A stretch of DNA of 64,000 nt from Podarcis melisellensis (lineage: Eukaryota), in the NCBI GenBank assembly GCA_964234715.1, contig OZ174281.1, one strand, 5' to 3'. The position numbers were made by a program, and so were the translations under genes. Position 1 is the first letter of the stretch; every line of letters starts with the position of its first letter. Under the pieces are notes generated by a model that did not search any database, was not told the origin of the DNA, and saw only the letters and a program-made list of their open reading frames with translations. This document shows, one piece after another, positions 24,577 to 36,896 of this stretch.

Positions 24577-24652
24577 TCATCCCTGATTGGTTGGGGCTGA
24601 TGGGAGTTGTAGTCCAAAACATCTGGAGGATACTGGGTTGTGAGAGGTTGGT
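24577..24652. mobile_element. Half copy of the 136-bp palindromic hAT MITE
   Basis: gatgggagttgtagtccaaaacatctggagg nearly identical to the right arm of 51255-51390. Confidence 0.7.
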
Positions 24653-25571
24653 CTACTGGAATCCAGCTGTGTTTATGGCAATTCAGTGTGACTTAAATAC
24701 AGTCGCTTTGACAAAAGCAAGCCGGGAGACTTAATTATGCTGAGACTGTTGAACAGATCACAATTGAGTCAATAACATGATGAATACTCAAACATGAATG
24801 ATCCACTGCTAGACCTCCCTAGCCACCCATTCTTTAATACTGAATAGATTAACGAGTAATTTGTATCATTAATTTATTTTTTGCCATCAAAGAAAGATCA
24901 AATTTGTGGGCTTGGTCATTTGTTTTACTAGCAAGCAAATTTCCCTCCCTGTATACCTTGGTCAATACTATGCAAATGGAACGAATAAAAAATTAAACAT
25001 ATCTGTTGGTGCCTGGTTGTTTCTTGAGAGTCTTTCATTTATTAGCTTTCTAATCTATTTTGTGCTTCCTGTCTCAGTGGCAGCAGATGGCATTATCTTC
25101 CTAGCCTCTCTGTTGCCTTGTAAATACATTATTGCATAGGAACATTAAAGGGCAGAAGATGACCATATGGTCTGTCATCACAGGATGCCCTTTAAAGCCC
25201 AAATACCAAATTGCCATCTTAAAACCCTAGTTCCTGATAATAGATGTATATTGCAATTTCTGCTATACATTGGGGTGCATGGAAGAAGCTAGAGGAACAG
25301 ATTTCCAGCTGGTATGTTGGTGCAATTCCAGACTCCACTGTACTTAGTGTAGTCACATTGATATGAAAGCTCTAGCCTTGATGCCTCTTACCAGTGGTGG
25401 CTTGCAAATGGAAGAAACCTTCTTGAACACTGTAGGTGTTGGCATAAATTTAGTGGAAGATTGTGGCTCTGCTAATACCGCTACACTTTTAGGAGGATAT
25501 ATGTCTACCAACAAACAAAGAAACCCAAATTCTCAGCATTAGAAGAACCAGCAATTGGAGAGAAAGTCCAT

Positions 25572-25990
25572 GGGAGCCATCCTATGCACAAGAAGCTGCC
25601 ATAAGTTAATCTGGTGTAAAGTTACATCAGATCCAAACCCCCATTCAGCGCTGAGGCTGCTTCTCTGCCTAAGCCTGGAAAAGGGAAAACAAGCCATTAA
25701 AATACTGTTTTATGGTGGGTTGCAAGATCACATGATAGAGGTGAATGGGCTTAGGAGCCAACCTGAGTCTCTGATCTTTGATCCCACTCCTGCCATGCCC
25801 CCATTATGTTTCCTTTGTGGGGCTTACACCAGTCTCAGCTCCACCAGCTTTGGCTCAGCAAGCTGTTGCCTGGCAGACCTGGGATGGACAAATTAGGCCA
25901 GCATATATTGAGCTGAGCCAGGGGACAATGTCAGTTGAGCCCCAAATGAAACAAGAATCAGCCAGCTGAGCTGGAGATCGGCTGCATACC
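25572..25990. mobile_element. Old interspersed repeat (probable non-autonomous DNA transposon), copy 1
   Basis: Collinear similarity with 52062-52420: atcctatgcacaagaa, aaagttacatcagatccaaacccc, aaacaagcc.ttaaaatactgtt, tgaatgggcttagga. Right boundary approximate. Confidence 0.6.
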
Positions 25991-26363
25991 AAGCAGCTCA
26001 TCCCAGTGGGCTTCAGGCAATTCCCCCTGCCCCCCACAATCCAGCCCCATTCTCACCTTCCCCTCAGTCAGCTGAGCAGCTCAAAAGGGACTGCATGGAC
26101 CACATTTCCGATGGACATCCCCAAAGAAAACCAATCACCAAAGAACTGCGGAAAGTGGGCACTATTCAATGCTGTTTGCTGTTCTTGTTTTTTTTTTCCT
26201 TACTGCTGTGAAAGGAACCCCATATTTCAGCTCTAAAAAACCACAGACACTATCTCTTCTTAGGTGGAAACAATCACCCCATTTCCATTACTAGTAATTG
26301 ACTAGGTAGGGAACATATCAGTATTGTTATGTAATAATCTCCATGTGTTCGATTTTAGAATTT

Positions 26364-26900
26364 TCAGTTTGTATAGGTACATTTTAATTCCTCCTTGTTG
26401 CCCACCACCACTTCTCCACTTTGCCCACCTATACACCTGACATTCAGGCTTACCATCGCCATGCCCTCCTGAGCCATATGCTTGTAGTTTCGATTAATCT
26501 TTCTCAGATAGATAAAATGACAAGTTTCTATTATCTTCTCATTTATGATGGCTCTCATTCTCTGCAAAACTTTGATCTTTGGATCGATTCTTTTAAGCTC
26601 CTGCTTGATCTTTCTATCAGGGCATCTTTTGTCAGTTCTAATTCTGTACTTTCAGCTGAATTTCTTTAAAGTGTTGATGGATTTCATTCTCTGCATGTCT
26701 GTATAAATGCAAGCGTAAACCTGTTGTGGTCTGCCACACATACTTGGATGGTGCTAAAAACTCTACCTACCTCTACATTCAAGACTTCCAGTTCTGGTTT
26801 TTCCTCCTGTCTTAAATTCTTGATGGTAAGATTTTTCCATCCCAGCTGACCATTTGCCACTCTTCCAATAGTGCCACCCCCAACAGCTTGTAATCTTTGC
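26364..26900 (-). mobile_element. Possible decayed L1 fragment (ORF1 end / ORF2 start)
   Basis: Broken frames give KNLTIKNLRQEEKPELE..EVGRVF..HNRFT (ORF1-like) followed by MAQEGMAMVSLNVRCIGG, resembling the ISLNVRGL start of the APE endonuclease. Confidence 0.4.
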
Positions 26901-29900
26901 ACCAAAAATTACAATCCATAATTGTTGCTGTCCAGAACTTTGGGGTTTGCCACAACATGCATATAGCTCATTGTTGTTTTTGTTATTTCCTGAAAGTAAC
27001 TATTATATAAGAAGCACCTCAATGTGTCCTTTTCGTATACTGTAGTTTCCAAATATAGTAGGGTTTGGTTCAGAAGGCAGGATGGAAAACCTTATTTTCT
27101 CAGCTGAAAAGACTTGTTGCTAGGGAGCTCCCTTTCTAATGTGGGGGTAAGAACCCCAAAGTCAAAGGAACATTTTCTGAGATGGGCAATATAACCTTTC
27201 TTTTACCAAGACGCAGACATTGGAATGAGTACACAAGCAGACCATAAAGCATTCCCTCCTCCTCTTCAGTGTTACCTCTGATTTGAGAAGGCTAACTAGT
27301 TTTCTTTGAGTATCCATTATTTACATTGATGAGGCTTGACTGGCTGCCCTTTCTTATTGAGAAGCCAAAATGAGCCTTATGGATATGGCTCTGATCTATA
27401 TTCCAGGAAAGATGGGTGAGTTAACAGGGAATATAGCCTCGCATATTTAAATGTCTCAAATCACAACAATTAGACACTCAGGAGCTATGGTTTTCCATTT
27501 CTACCCTGATAGAAGAAACCACCTGAAAGTGCCATATTCCCACACCCTTTTATGTATCCAAGCCCATCTGGCAGAAACATTGCTAATCCAAAACCTAAAC
27601 TATGACTGACTGCTGAGCTGACTCCCTCAGCCACACTCCTTAATTTCGAGAAATTCAGAAAAATACAGTGAAGACAACATCAGATGGCATTTCTGTTTAT
27701 GTGTTAACGCTTTCAGTCATGTTTATATTAGGCAAGGTACAAACCATCAGCTGCTTCTTCCTCAGTAACAGTTTCAGCGGTTGTATTTGGGAGTATTTGA
27801 TCAATGGATTTCAGCCACAAAAAGATGGCCTCTCAGTTTTACCCACAAAGCAGCTTGAACTTTCTGTTTATGACAGAACGAGGTATGTCACTCAGAACAA
27901 CTCACTGCATCTGCACAGCCCATTCCAGTGATTCTGTACTGCATTGTAACTCAGTGACATGTCAGCTCTATATAACTAAGCTGGAAGCATCCTTTTAAGG
28001 GAGTCCTGTTACCTGGTGTGATCTTGCTATTGGTGGAATCTGTGCACCTTCAGGGGGTTCTTCTGGCTTTGGGTTGTGTCACGTCATCCCTGGTTTTGAA
28101 GTTACAGAACCTCGTGCAATATTTATTTCTCCTTTTTGCTACCCTTGAATGACAGCAACAAGAGCTTATTCTTTACCAATTGTGTGAGTTGTACAATTCA
28201 GCTCATAGCTTTTTCTGCCCCCCCCCCAACCCTACCCTTTAGAAGATACTAAAGTTTACTATGATGGTTACCAGCATATAAAATACTTCTATTGTTTCTC
28301 TTAGCTGTGCTCTACATTTGCTGAGCTTTGAGCTTTGGAAAGTCAGGGCCAAAGCAGAAGACTGGAAAGCAAAGAGAATGAAAAGTACCCTAATCCAAAT
28401 TCCTGATGGATGTAAATTAGTATCACTCCACTGGGCTGAGCACACTACTCTATTTAATAAACAGAGGGACACTTTTGTCTTTCTGCCAAATAGCATTTTA
28501 ACAGGCTAATGAACCCAAATAGATAGATAACTAATCAATGTATATAATTTATTAACAAGGTAAGGGTTTTTCCATTCCTTGCTTGGAAAATATCCTACTT
28601 ACATCTCAGGGGGGAATGCAGGTCTCTTTTAGCAGAAGTGCTGATATTAGGGTAATACATCAGCACAGGAAGTCACTAAGAAGTCACGAAGCCATCATGT
28701 ACCTGTGTTGGGCTAATTAGGGTCATTTGTGTCCTCCACCTTGGCAGGGATTTGCTACTGATTTCTATGGGAGTTCTGTACATAAAAGATTTTGCATGGA
28801 TAATTGATCCCCCTTTATTTGCTGATTTATTCATCTTTGAAGCAAAGACCCAAACAAAATGTATCTTCAGTGGTATGTGTTTGGAAGATGACTAGGAATT
28901 CCTTGCAGTGTCTGAGCCATAGATTCTAAGGAATTGTGTTAGCATACAATTCCAACTTTAAAATTCTCTGTATTTGTCTGTCAAGGTCAGCAGTGTAATT
29001 CCCCTTTTAGTGGTTTGATGACAGTCAATGAATGTTAGGGAACCACTGTTGGAGAGGATGGACAAATGACTGACTTTCCAAATGTTCAGATGAAGTATTA
29101 GGACTGTCACAGAGAGTGAAAAAGAAAGCTGGAAAGCTCGCATCTTCTTTGTTATGACCAACTCACTGAATGCTGAATGTTCAAGCTCTTAGTGTTCATA
29201 AGAATCTTCAGGAAGAACTTCTTCATTGGCCTGTTGGGAATTATAATACTAAAAAGAAGTTCAGCTATTGTGACATAACAGGAGCAGCTGCCCTCAATAA
29301 ACTTGAGCACTGTGCTTTTGAACTGGGATGTGCCACCTGTGCCCTCAACCTAATTTCACGTAGTTGGGAGAGAACAGAAGGTGGATGCAAGGGGGAAATG
29401 GGGGACAGAGTCAAAATGGACATGAGGATGAGAGAGGGGAAGCTGTCTGCAAGCAATCAGTTCTAGTCTCTATAGCTCCCTCAGCAAGAGGAAAGAGAAC
29501 GGGTGATGGAAAGAGGAGGGGAGAGAGAGGGAAATAGAAAGGGGTAGCATAAACAGAGGAAAGGGGTGGCCCCACTCATATTTTGGCTCCTCCAAACCAC
29601 TGCCAGCATGCAGACCAACTATAGATCAGCCCCCAAGGAATGCAACTGACAAAGGGCCCCCCACCCTAGCAGTTAGCAGTACATATTGAACTGTTTGGTT
29701 TCTGTTGTTGAGAAGCAATTTCAATTTTATTATTATAATTGCAACATAGAAAAAGTGTGTGTGTGAGAGAGAGAGTTCTGAGTTGAGGGAGATGAACCTT
29801 TGATGGAGAAAGAAAAATTCTTGGCAAGGGAAGCAAAACTAAAAATCTTTGGTGTTTTGCTGTTGTTTGAGGGATATTATCTGATCCAGATTTGTTCTTA

Positions 29901-30681
29901 GTGGTATGAGAGAGTGCATTATATTAATATAGATACTTTATACAAACTGTGCATTACTTAAGCAAATATGCATGGCAGGGGATCTGTAGATGTAACATGC
30001 ACACCCCAATACTCTTTAAAAAGTAAAACAACTCTTATGCAACCCCAAATATCAGGCTGCATTGGGTTCTTGGTGTGTGTGTGTGTGTTTGTTTTAATTA
30101 ACAGTGTGGCTGTTTATGTGGACTACTATTGTTATGTAGTCCTAAGAAGTATGTTTTATGTGCCACATAATGTAGATCCTGAACCTGTCGTTTCAGACAC
30201 AATTCAATAAAATGAACACAGGGAGAGAAAGGGGGCAGGGTTGATTAAAGGTTAGATCGATAAGATCGCATGCTTTTCATTGGCAAAGTATGTCTTCAGA
30301 AGTGTAAATTCTAACTCTTATCAAGGTTTTAATGTTACCCCTTCACCCTTAATTTTACTCCAGTGCAATGTTAAATCAAGTCAACATGAAAATAGTGGAG
30401 GAAAGGTTTTAAGCAAAATGGAGTATAAGTTATTGTTAAGCACACTGTGCAACCTCTTCTGCTCACAGAAATACCCATAACCACAACTCTTCCTCTAAAG
30501 ATGACCAGAAATGGAAAGGGATTATAGGGCACCTTAGTCCTTTTCAAGCATTCATCTTCTAGGTAAAATCAGTATACAAGAGTAGGGATGAGGGCATTAG
30601 CTCTACCTGCCATTGCCTCCTGCAAATTGGAGGGATAAAATCTACAATGGGGAGCCTGCTGTACTCATGTACGTAAGCTTT

Positions 30682-31108
30682 CGTAGTGATGCATATAAGG
30701 AATGAAGTCAGACAAGAGGCATTTCTTACATACTTGAGCTCAAAGGTAGCAATGGTGACCTTTCAGCTTGAGATCCCATAATCTCCAAAACTTAGCCCAT
30801 AGGGTTGATGGTCCACATCCAGAAGAACTCATGCCCCCAAGCTTACGTTCTTCTCCTTTTTATACAATTCTTAAACCTTGGATTCCATATATGGTGTCCT
30901 ACCTCAAATCCAGTATCCCATTGGCTCTTCAACAGTCCCCCTTATTTCACAGGTGATTCTGACCAACTCCCTAGAGGTCCGGTGCATAGACTCTTCCTGA
31001 GTAAAATGTTCTAGCACTACTTTCTGATTCTCTCTCGCACGGTGGTGGGTCCCACAATCTACTGAGCCCTTCCCCAAGATCATTCTGCCCCCATTCTACA
31101 CTCCCCCT
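30682..31108 (-). mobile_element. Probable 3' LTR with polypurine tract
   Basis: Minus strand AGGGGGAG (31108-31101) directly followed by TGTAGAAT; then CCAAT (~30920) and TATAAAAA (~30860) in promoter order. Left boundary approximate. Confidence 0.5.
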
Positions 31109-32884
31109 GGGCTCTACAAGCCCCTTTCATTATGATAACCCCAAACAACAGCTGGAGGTTGCACCTGCCTGTTATCTGTATGCACAAGGCCCAAATGGTC
31201 CTCAAAATTCTGATGCAAATGTAAAGTGATAAACTATAGAGTCCTCCTAAAACTCACAGCTCTTGCACATGGCATTTATTTAGACTTTGTAACTCAGATC
31301 CTCCAGTTTGAATCACATTATAATTTACACCTATCTTTCCTTCTTCTATCTTAGGGCCCCGGGGAGGTTGGGTTGATATTAAGGGCAGTTAGTGATGAAA
31401 CATAGGCTATGTCTTGAAGAGCAGAGTCACAATAAGGCAACTCTGATAATCCAGTCAAATTCCAATAAAGACAGCAGGGTGGGAGGCATTGTCAGCACCT
31501 TGGAGAGTTCACAGCAGTTATCAGTAGATTCAGTCATGGAAAGTTGTCACCTTGGTAGCAGGATGATGCTCTCTGGGGCTTTCTGGTTGGCCTGAACTTC
31601 CTATTAGCCCCACCCCTTCTGAGGAGCACTCTGCGGTTTTTGTGTGTGTGTGTGTTTTTGGAAAGGCCATCACCCTATTCTGTAACTGCTGTCTCCTGTC
31701 ATGGGGAGGTGGTTAGCAATGAACTGGACGTGTGTCATCTAAGCTGGAAGTGATGGATTCCCTCTCCCTCCACGTTTGCCTCTCAGTCCCATGGAGGAAA
31801 GTGGCTAGTCACCATTCCACTGAGGTATTTCCTCAAAAGTTCTTTAACTGACAAGGATCATAATAAGACAATATTTGTGTAGCCAGTAGCTTTTGTCTTT
31901 CTGACAAGTTCCTCAGTAGCTTCATTGATCGTCTACAGCAGCAGCTGGCTGGGAGGTTTTTCAAGGTGCTAAAAAATTGGTCTCACAGATATCTTAATGG
32001 GGGCAGGACTTTATTGGAGTTGCTAGTGATGTCACCCAGGGGACGCCATTGCTCCTTCACTTGCCGTTACACTTTACCGATCTCTGCTTAGCAGCATTTT
32101 AGGAAATAAGACTGTATCAGTCCAAATAGAAAGATGGGTCTAAATATGACACAACTAGGGAGAGTTGCTCACAAGGAAAAGTCTATGCAAAATAAATGTA
32201 TTATATTGGGAAGAGTATTCCTAAATTAGCCTTATGCGTTGGTACTACAAGCATGGTGTAAGTCACACAGAAATAAAGGGAGTTCCCAGGCAGCACTTGG
32301 CTCCTCCCCAATACTTATATGAGCATCAGGAAAAATCTAGAGCAAGTCTTCCCAATTGGCTGCTCTAGTGTCTGCACACAGAGCAAGATATTGGCTGTGA
32401 AATATTTTATTGGTTTTCTTTATAAATGTAAATATTATGCCTTCAATCATAAAAGCTTCCAGGGCAGTTTGCCTGGAATCAGCACTCAAAGGCAATATCC
32501 ATTAAAATATAATGCACTTCGCCCAAAGATGCCATGAGTGGACTTCAGCTTGTGGAAAGAGTACCCTTAGCACCTGCGGTCCAAAGGGAAGGTCACCTTT
32601 TTTTTGCAGCAGTCCTTCCTTCCTTCCTGAAAAGATCTTCTAGAGGGCAAGGGACACTGCTGAACAGTGTGAGAGGTAGCATGGGGGAGGGCGGCTGCAG
32701 AAAGGAGCGGGTTGGCCAAAACTGCTCCCTTCCACTAGCAAAAGCCTTCACTGCATCAAATGACATTCCATCCATGGAAGAACTCCTTTCATAAATCAGA
32801 ATGTACTTTGGGATTCAATCCAATATCTAATAATTGTGAGTTAGTTCTCTAGGAGATGGTAGAGATTTCCAGCAATATAACATT

Positions 32885-33093
32885 AAAACATAAGAAGAGC
32901 CTGCTAGATTAATGCCCCATCTAGTCCAGCATCCTGGTCTCACGCTGGCCACACAGATGCCTTTGTGAACCTCTCAAGAAGGACCTAAGTACAAGAGCAA
33001 ACCACTCCTCCTGTGGTTTCCAAAAACTGGTAGTCAGAAGCATTACTGCCTCCAACCTTGGAGGTAAAAAATAGCCATTGCGCCCAGTAGCCA
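32885..33093 (-). mobile_element. CR1 LINE 3' end
   Basis: aacataagaagagcctgct..at..ccatctagtccagcatcctg.tctcac..tggcc..cagatgcc is the typical reverse-complemented squamate CR1 tail. Confidence 0.8.
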
Positions 33094-34027
33094 AGTATGT
33101 TTTGTTCACATAAACTTTAGAGAATAAATCTTTTATTAGCCAGATATAAGGCATGGGGCAAAAGATTTGTTGACCTGGGCAAAATAAAGCAACACACAGC
33201 TTACTGTGTATGCACTGAGGTGACCATGAGAATTATTCTGTTTCTGATTTTTTTCTGTGGGTTTGAGGCTGCACCGTCCCCTTATAATGTTCCTGATGAG
33301 AGTTGTTAAGTGGCTTTTCAGATTGTGACTCTCTTTTGCTCTAGGAAGACCAGCTTTGCGAAACCCTTGACCTTAGTGATTTAAATCTTTATGCTCCTAC
33401 TATGTCGGAAGACAGTAGGCACTCACCTCTGTAATGAATGTCAAAAAATGTTGGTTTCTTTCATTGAAAATCATCGGAAAATTGAACAGCCCCAAAATGA
33501 TATAATTAATGAATAAAATATACAACTGGTCACATCTCAGATGGAAGGTGGAATAAAAAAAATATCCAATAGACGGGGGGAAAAATCCCCCCACATTTCA
33601 ATCAGACAGTCAGTAATCACTGTCTCTAAACCTAAATGGCTCTTTGGCTGCACAGTCACTCTTAATTTTCAGAACAGTCCTTCTGCTATGGCCCGATGAG
33701 CCACTGAGGTGGATTTTCTCCTACAGCCGCACATGGTCTGTTTTCTATCTCAAGCCTTTTCTATTGATATCCTCTGTGACCTTGAAGAAATGATTCATTC
33801 CCTTTGTGTGAAAGAGGGTTTGACAGTAGGACCAGCCACCGAAGACAAAATCTATAGATGACAAGACCAGGAATGATCAGAGGGTACCATCATGCGCTCT
33901 TGTTACTCAGTCCCTTAAAGCCTGAAACTGGATAACTTCACTGACCCAGAAACATCTCCTAATTCCTCCTAATTATCTGAAAGTATCTCTTGCTAGACAG
34001 AATGCTGGGCTAAATAAAACAATTGAA

Positions 34028-34114
34028 GCTGTAATCCTATGGCCATTTACCTGCGAATAGGTCCCCCTGCATTAAATGGGACTTATCTCTGAGCAGAGAA
34101 GGGACTATTGCACC
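34028..34114. mobile_element. Short (~85 bp) palindromic reptile MITE
   Basis: gctgtaatccta...attgcacc ends with internal gtccc..aatgggactta; more degraded relatives near 46200-46365 and 50255-50352. Confidence 0.55.
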
Positions 34115-34127
34115 CATGTCCTCTTTA

Positions 34128-34203
34128 TGGCATTTCTGCAGGTATCTGGTTGACCACTGCAAGATGCTTGAGTAGAGGCATTTGGGCTCCTTTAACATAC
34201 GTT
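34128..34203 (+). mobile_element. Degraded CR1 tail
   Basis: ggtatctggttgaccactg..agatgct is the reverse complement of motifs in the 32885-33093 tail. Confidence 0.45.
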
Positions 34204-35260
34204 TTTACAAACTACAATGCTTCTTTTGCCTTTTGCTCCCAGCTGACTCTGTGTAATACTACATTATTTGGATAGATCAATGAAGTATCACAAAATTCCC
34301 TGCACTTTGCCAAAATCAAACAGGCATGTGGGACCTATAGAATTATCCAGTTTGTCATAATCTGATGCTTCATTTATGCTCAATCCTTAGGCATCAGGTT
34401 CACCTTTTGCAGGCCTGACTGAGCTCACTGTGGATCATGAGGCTGTTGCACGAAGGACACTGAAATGGACCACTTCCTTGTCCATCTTTCAAGAACAGTC
34501 TGGGCATTTTGACAGCAGCTGTTTTCATCGGAGATTCTCAAAGCAATTTACACCCCGTGATTAAATCTCACAGACCATCCTACTAAAGTTCCTAAAGGCA
34601 CTATGATATATCCTAAGGCAAAGAATGTGGAAAAAATAATTAATAGGGGGGGGGGGGAGTCGTGTCTTCCAATCTTCTCCCTTAACCAATAGGTTGAATT
34701 AAAAGCTCCATCAAGGCTTCAAGGACATCATAAGGGTAAAGAATGATAAAGTAATGCAAGAAAAAAATCGAGACGAATTTAGCTCTGTAGTATTCACAAT
34801 ATAGCTCTTGACTCCATAATGGGAACCATGGAACTATCCTGATATTCTTTTCCCATATCTTCCCAGACCAGGAGCCTGGAATACCTAAGAAATAAAAGAA
34901 TCCCCCATGCCCTGTAACAGTCTTAAAGGGGGCTTAAGCACACTCCGTTTACTGTCATTTTCAATGTGGCCTAGTCATGACCAATGTTAATTGGACTGGA
35001 GCCAATAGGTAGGTACTGAGTGAGTGTGCACTGATAATACCCAAACCTGTGTATCTTCTGGAATCATTTTGACCCATTTCTGCTTGGCCAGCCTTTTAGC
35101 AACTGGGATGGAGCAGTTACCAAGGCGGTTTAGTTGATATTTTCATTTTGCATCAACATTTTGGTGGCCGTGGTTGAGTTGCCTTAAACGTAGGCTTGCT
35201 AGCATTTATATATACCCTTACCTTAGAGCCTGCCTTTAGCTTTCAATGCAGAGTAGGCAA

Positions 35261-35262
<2 letters not shown>

Positions 35263-35294
<32 letters not shown>
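35263..35294. repeat. (AC)n microsatellite
   Basis: Directly visible. Confidence 0.95.
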
Positions 35295-35296
<2 letters not shown>

Positions 35297-35406
35297 TCTT
35301 ACCTGATAGAGAAATAAATAAATAATAAATAAATATAAACATCACCTTTGAGCCACTGATTGTATCTGAATGAGTGAGCATGCTCAGTTTTATTCTGAGA
35401 TGCTTT

Positions 35407-35421
35407 GCGCCATCTGCTGAC
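35407..35421 (-). promoter_or_regulatory. Candidate CTCF site
   Basis: Minus strand GTCAGCAGATGGCGC closely matches the CTCF core; its CpG is retained. Confidence 0.6.
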
Positions 35422-36469
35422 GTTCCAGTGTAATTGGGAGATGCTGGAGCCTGAATTACTGCCCAGCTTGATTGTGACTTGAGGCGTTTCCTCATACTTT
35501 ATATTGCCATTCTAAGTATGGGTTCCCTACTGTGTCAAGCAATTCTGCTGCACTAGACCCATAATAAAGATTTTTTAAATGTGAAAATTAGTCTTTGGTG
35601 AATAGGAATTATTTTCCTAGCTGCTGGAGACACTCAGGTAAAAGGCAGTGACATTCACATGAGTGGGTCATTGTGTTATTGTTAACACTCAGCTATTATT
35701 GCTGCACACGCAGCAGTCGGCACAGATGTTACCCACTTTTTATCATTTAAGAACAAAGAGGTAATTATATTTAACCTTTTTCTCCCCAAGAAGTCTAAAC
35801 AATAAAATGTCACAATAAAGTGCTCAACAGTTAGCGATATAAATATTTATTTAAGCAGCAGCCATAATTCACTGAATGCGAACAGGGGTGCTGCCTAATT
35901 CAAAAGCTGACTTGAGCCACTGTCAAACAACATCATTCGAGAGGCTGTTCACTCTCGCAGATTCGGGCTGAAGTGTGGCGAGTTTAACGGAAGGAGATTC
36001 CCAAAGGGCTACTTCTCGTGGCATTTGGTAAGACATGGTTACATTCTCGGAAAGCACACCAAGTTGTGAAGATAAACAAAAACTTAATGCCCGAATTACA
36101 TTACATATCCATTTGCCTTGGATATAAAGTGTCCATAAATTGTTATTTTGTGTCCATCATCAAGATGGAGACATATATGTTACCTATTCCAATACCTGTG
36201 TTTTGAAAAGACACAGATGCATCTCCCAATATCATACCTGCTTCTTCAAAATTAATGACAGTTTCCCTATCAAACCTTATGACAAATACATACATGGCAA
36301 CTTTGTTCCTGGCTGTTGTTTTGGCACTCCAAACCAGACAATGCCACACATCAAGAGTTCTTCCCTTGAATGTGTGTATCTCCCTATTCTTCAAGTTAGG
36401 GTCAAATTCATAGAAGTAGCTGCTACTTTTACTGCATTTGACACCTCTCAGCTAGTTGGCAGTTGCCAC

Positions 36470-36896
36470 TATGGATGGATGAATATGCCAGTTTTGGTTT
36501 CTCATTTTTCCAGGCCTAAATTACGTTCTCCACATTAGTTTGTGATTTTAAAAATTACAAAAAACAAAACCCTGAAAATTCTTCAGCATTTTAGTGCAAA
36601 TTTCTCCTAATATACACACCTGTGTCTACAGTTTTACCTAATAGTCAAATTCTTTCAAAACAATTTCTCTAATATAATGTGTTTTTGTATGCTCTTTTCA
36701 CTGACATATGCATTTTACAAGTACAACTTACCCTAATATATGCAGTTTTGTTGGCTGGGGAACTTCATTCCAAAATTCAGAGAAGTGCAAATTTTGAAGG
36801 GTGATTGCACTTTGATCCTCAGAGTGTTCTGGAAAGTGGAAAGTAGATTAGTTTGTGCTTTTAATGGGAACTGAATCTAATTTCTTCCCATCCCCA
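36470..36896. mobile_element. Squamate hAT-type MITE (same family as 201-1110)
   Basis: Reverse-complement similarity (ctcatttttcc, ttagtgcaaatttctcctaa, ggaaagtg, tttcttcccatccc). Confidence 0.75.

Noticed and set aside
30670-30695. Minus-strand atgcatc-actacgaaagctta resembling a Penelope hammerhead end
   Set aside because: CUGANGA box and downstream PLE tail are absent; overlaps the putative LTR edge.
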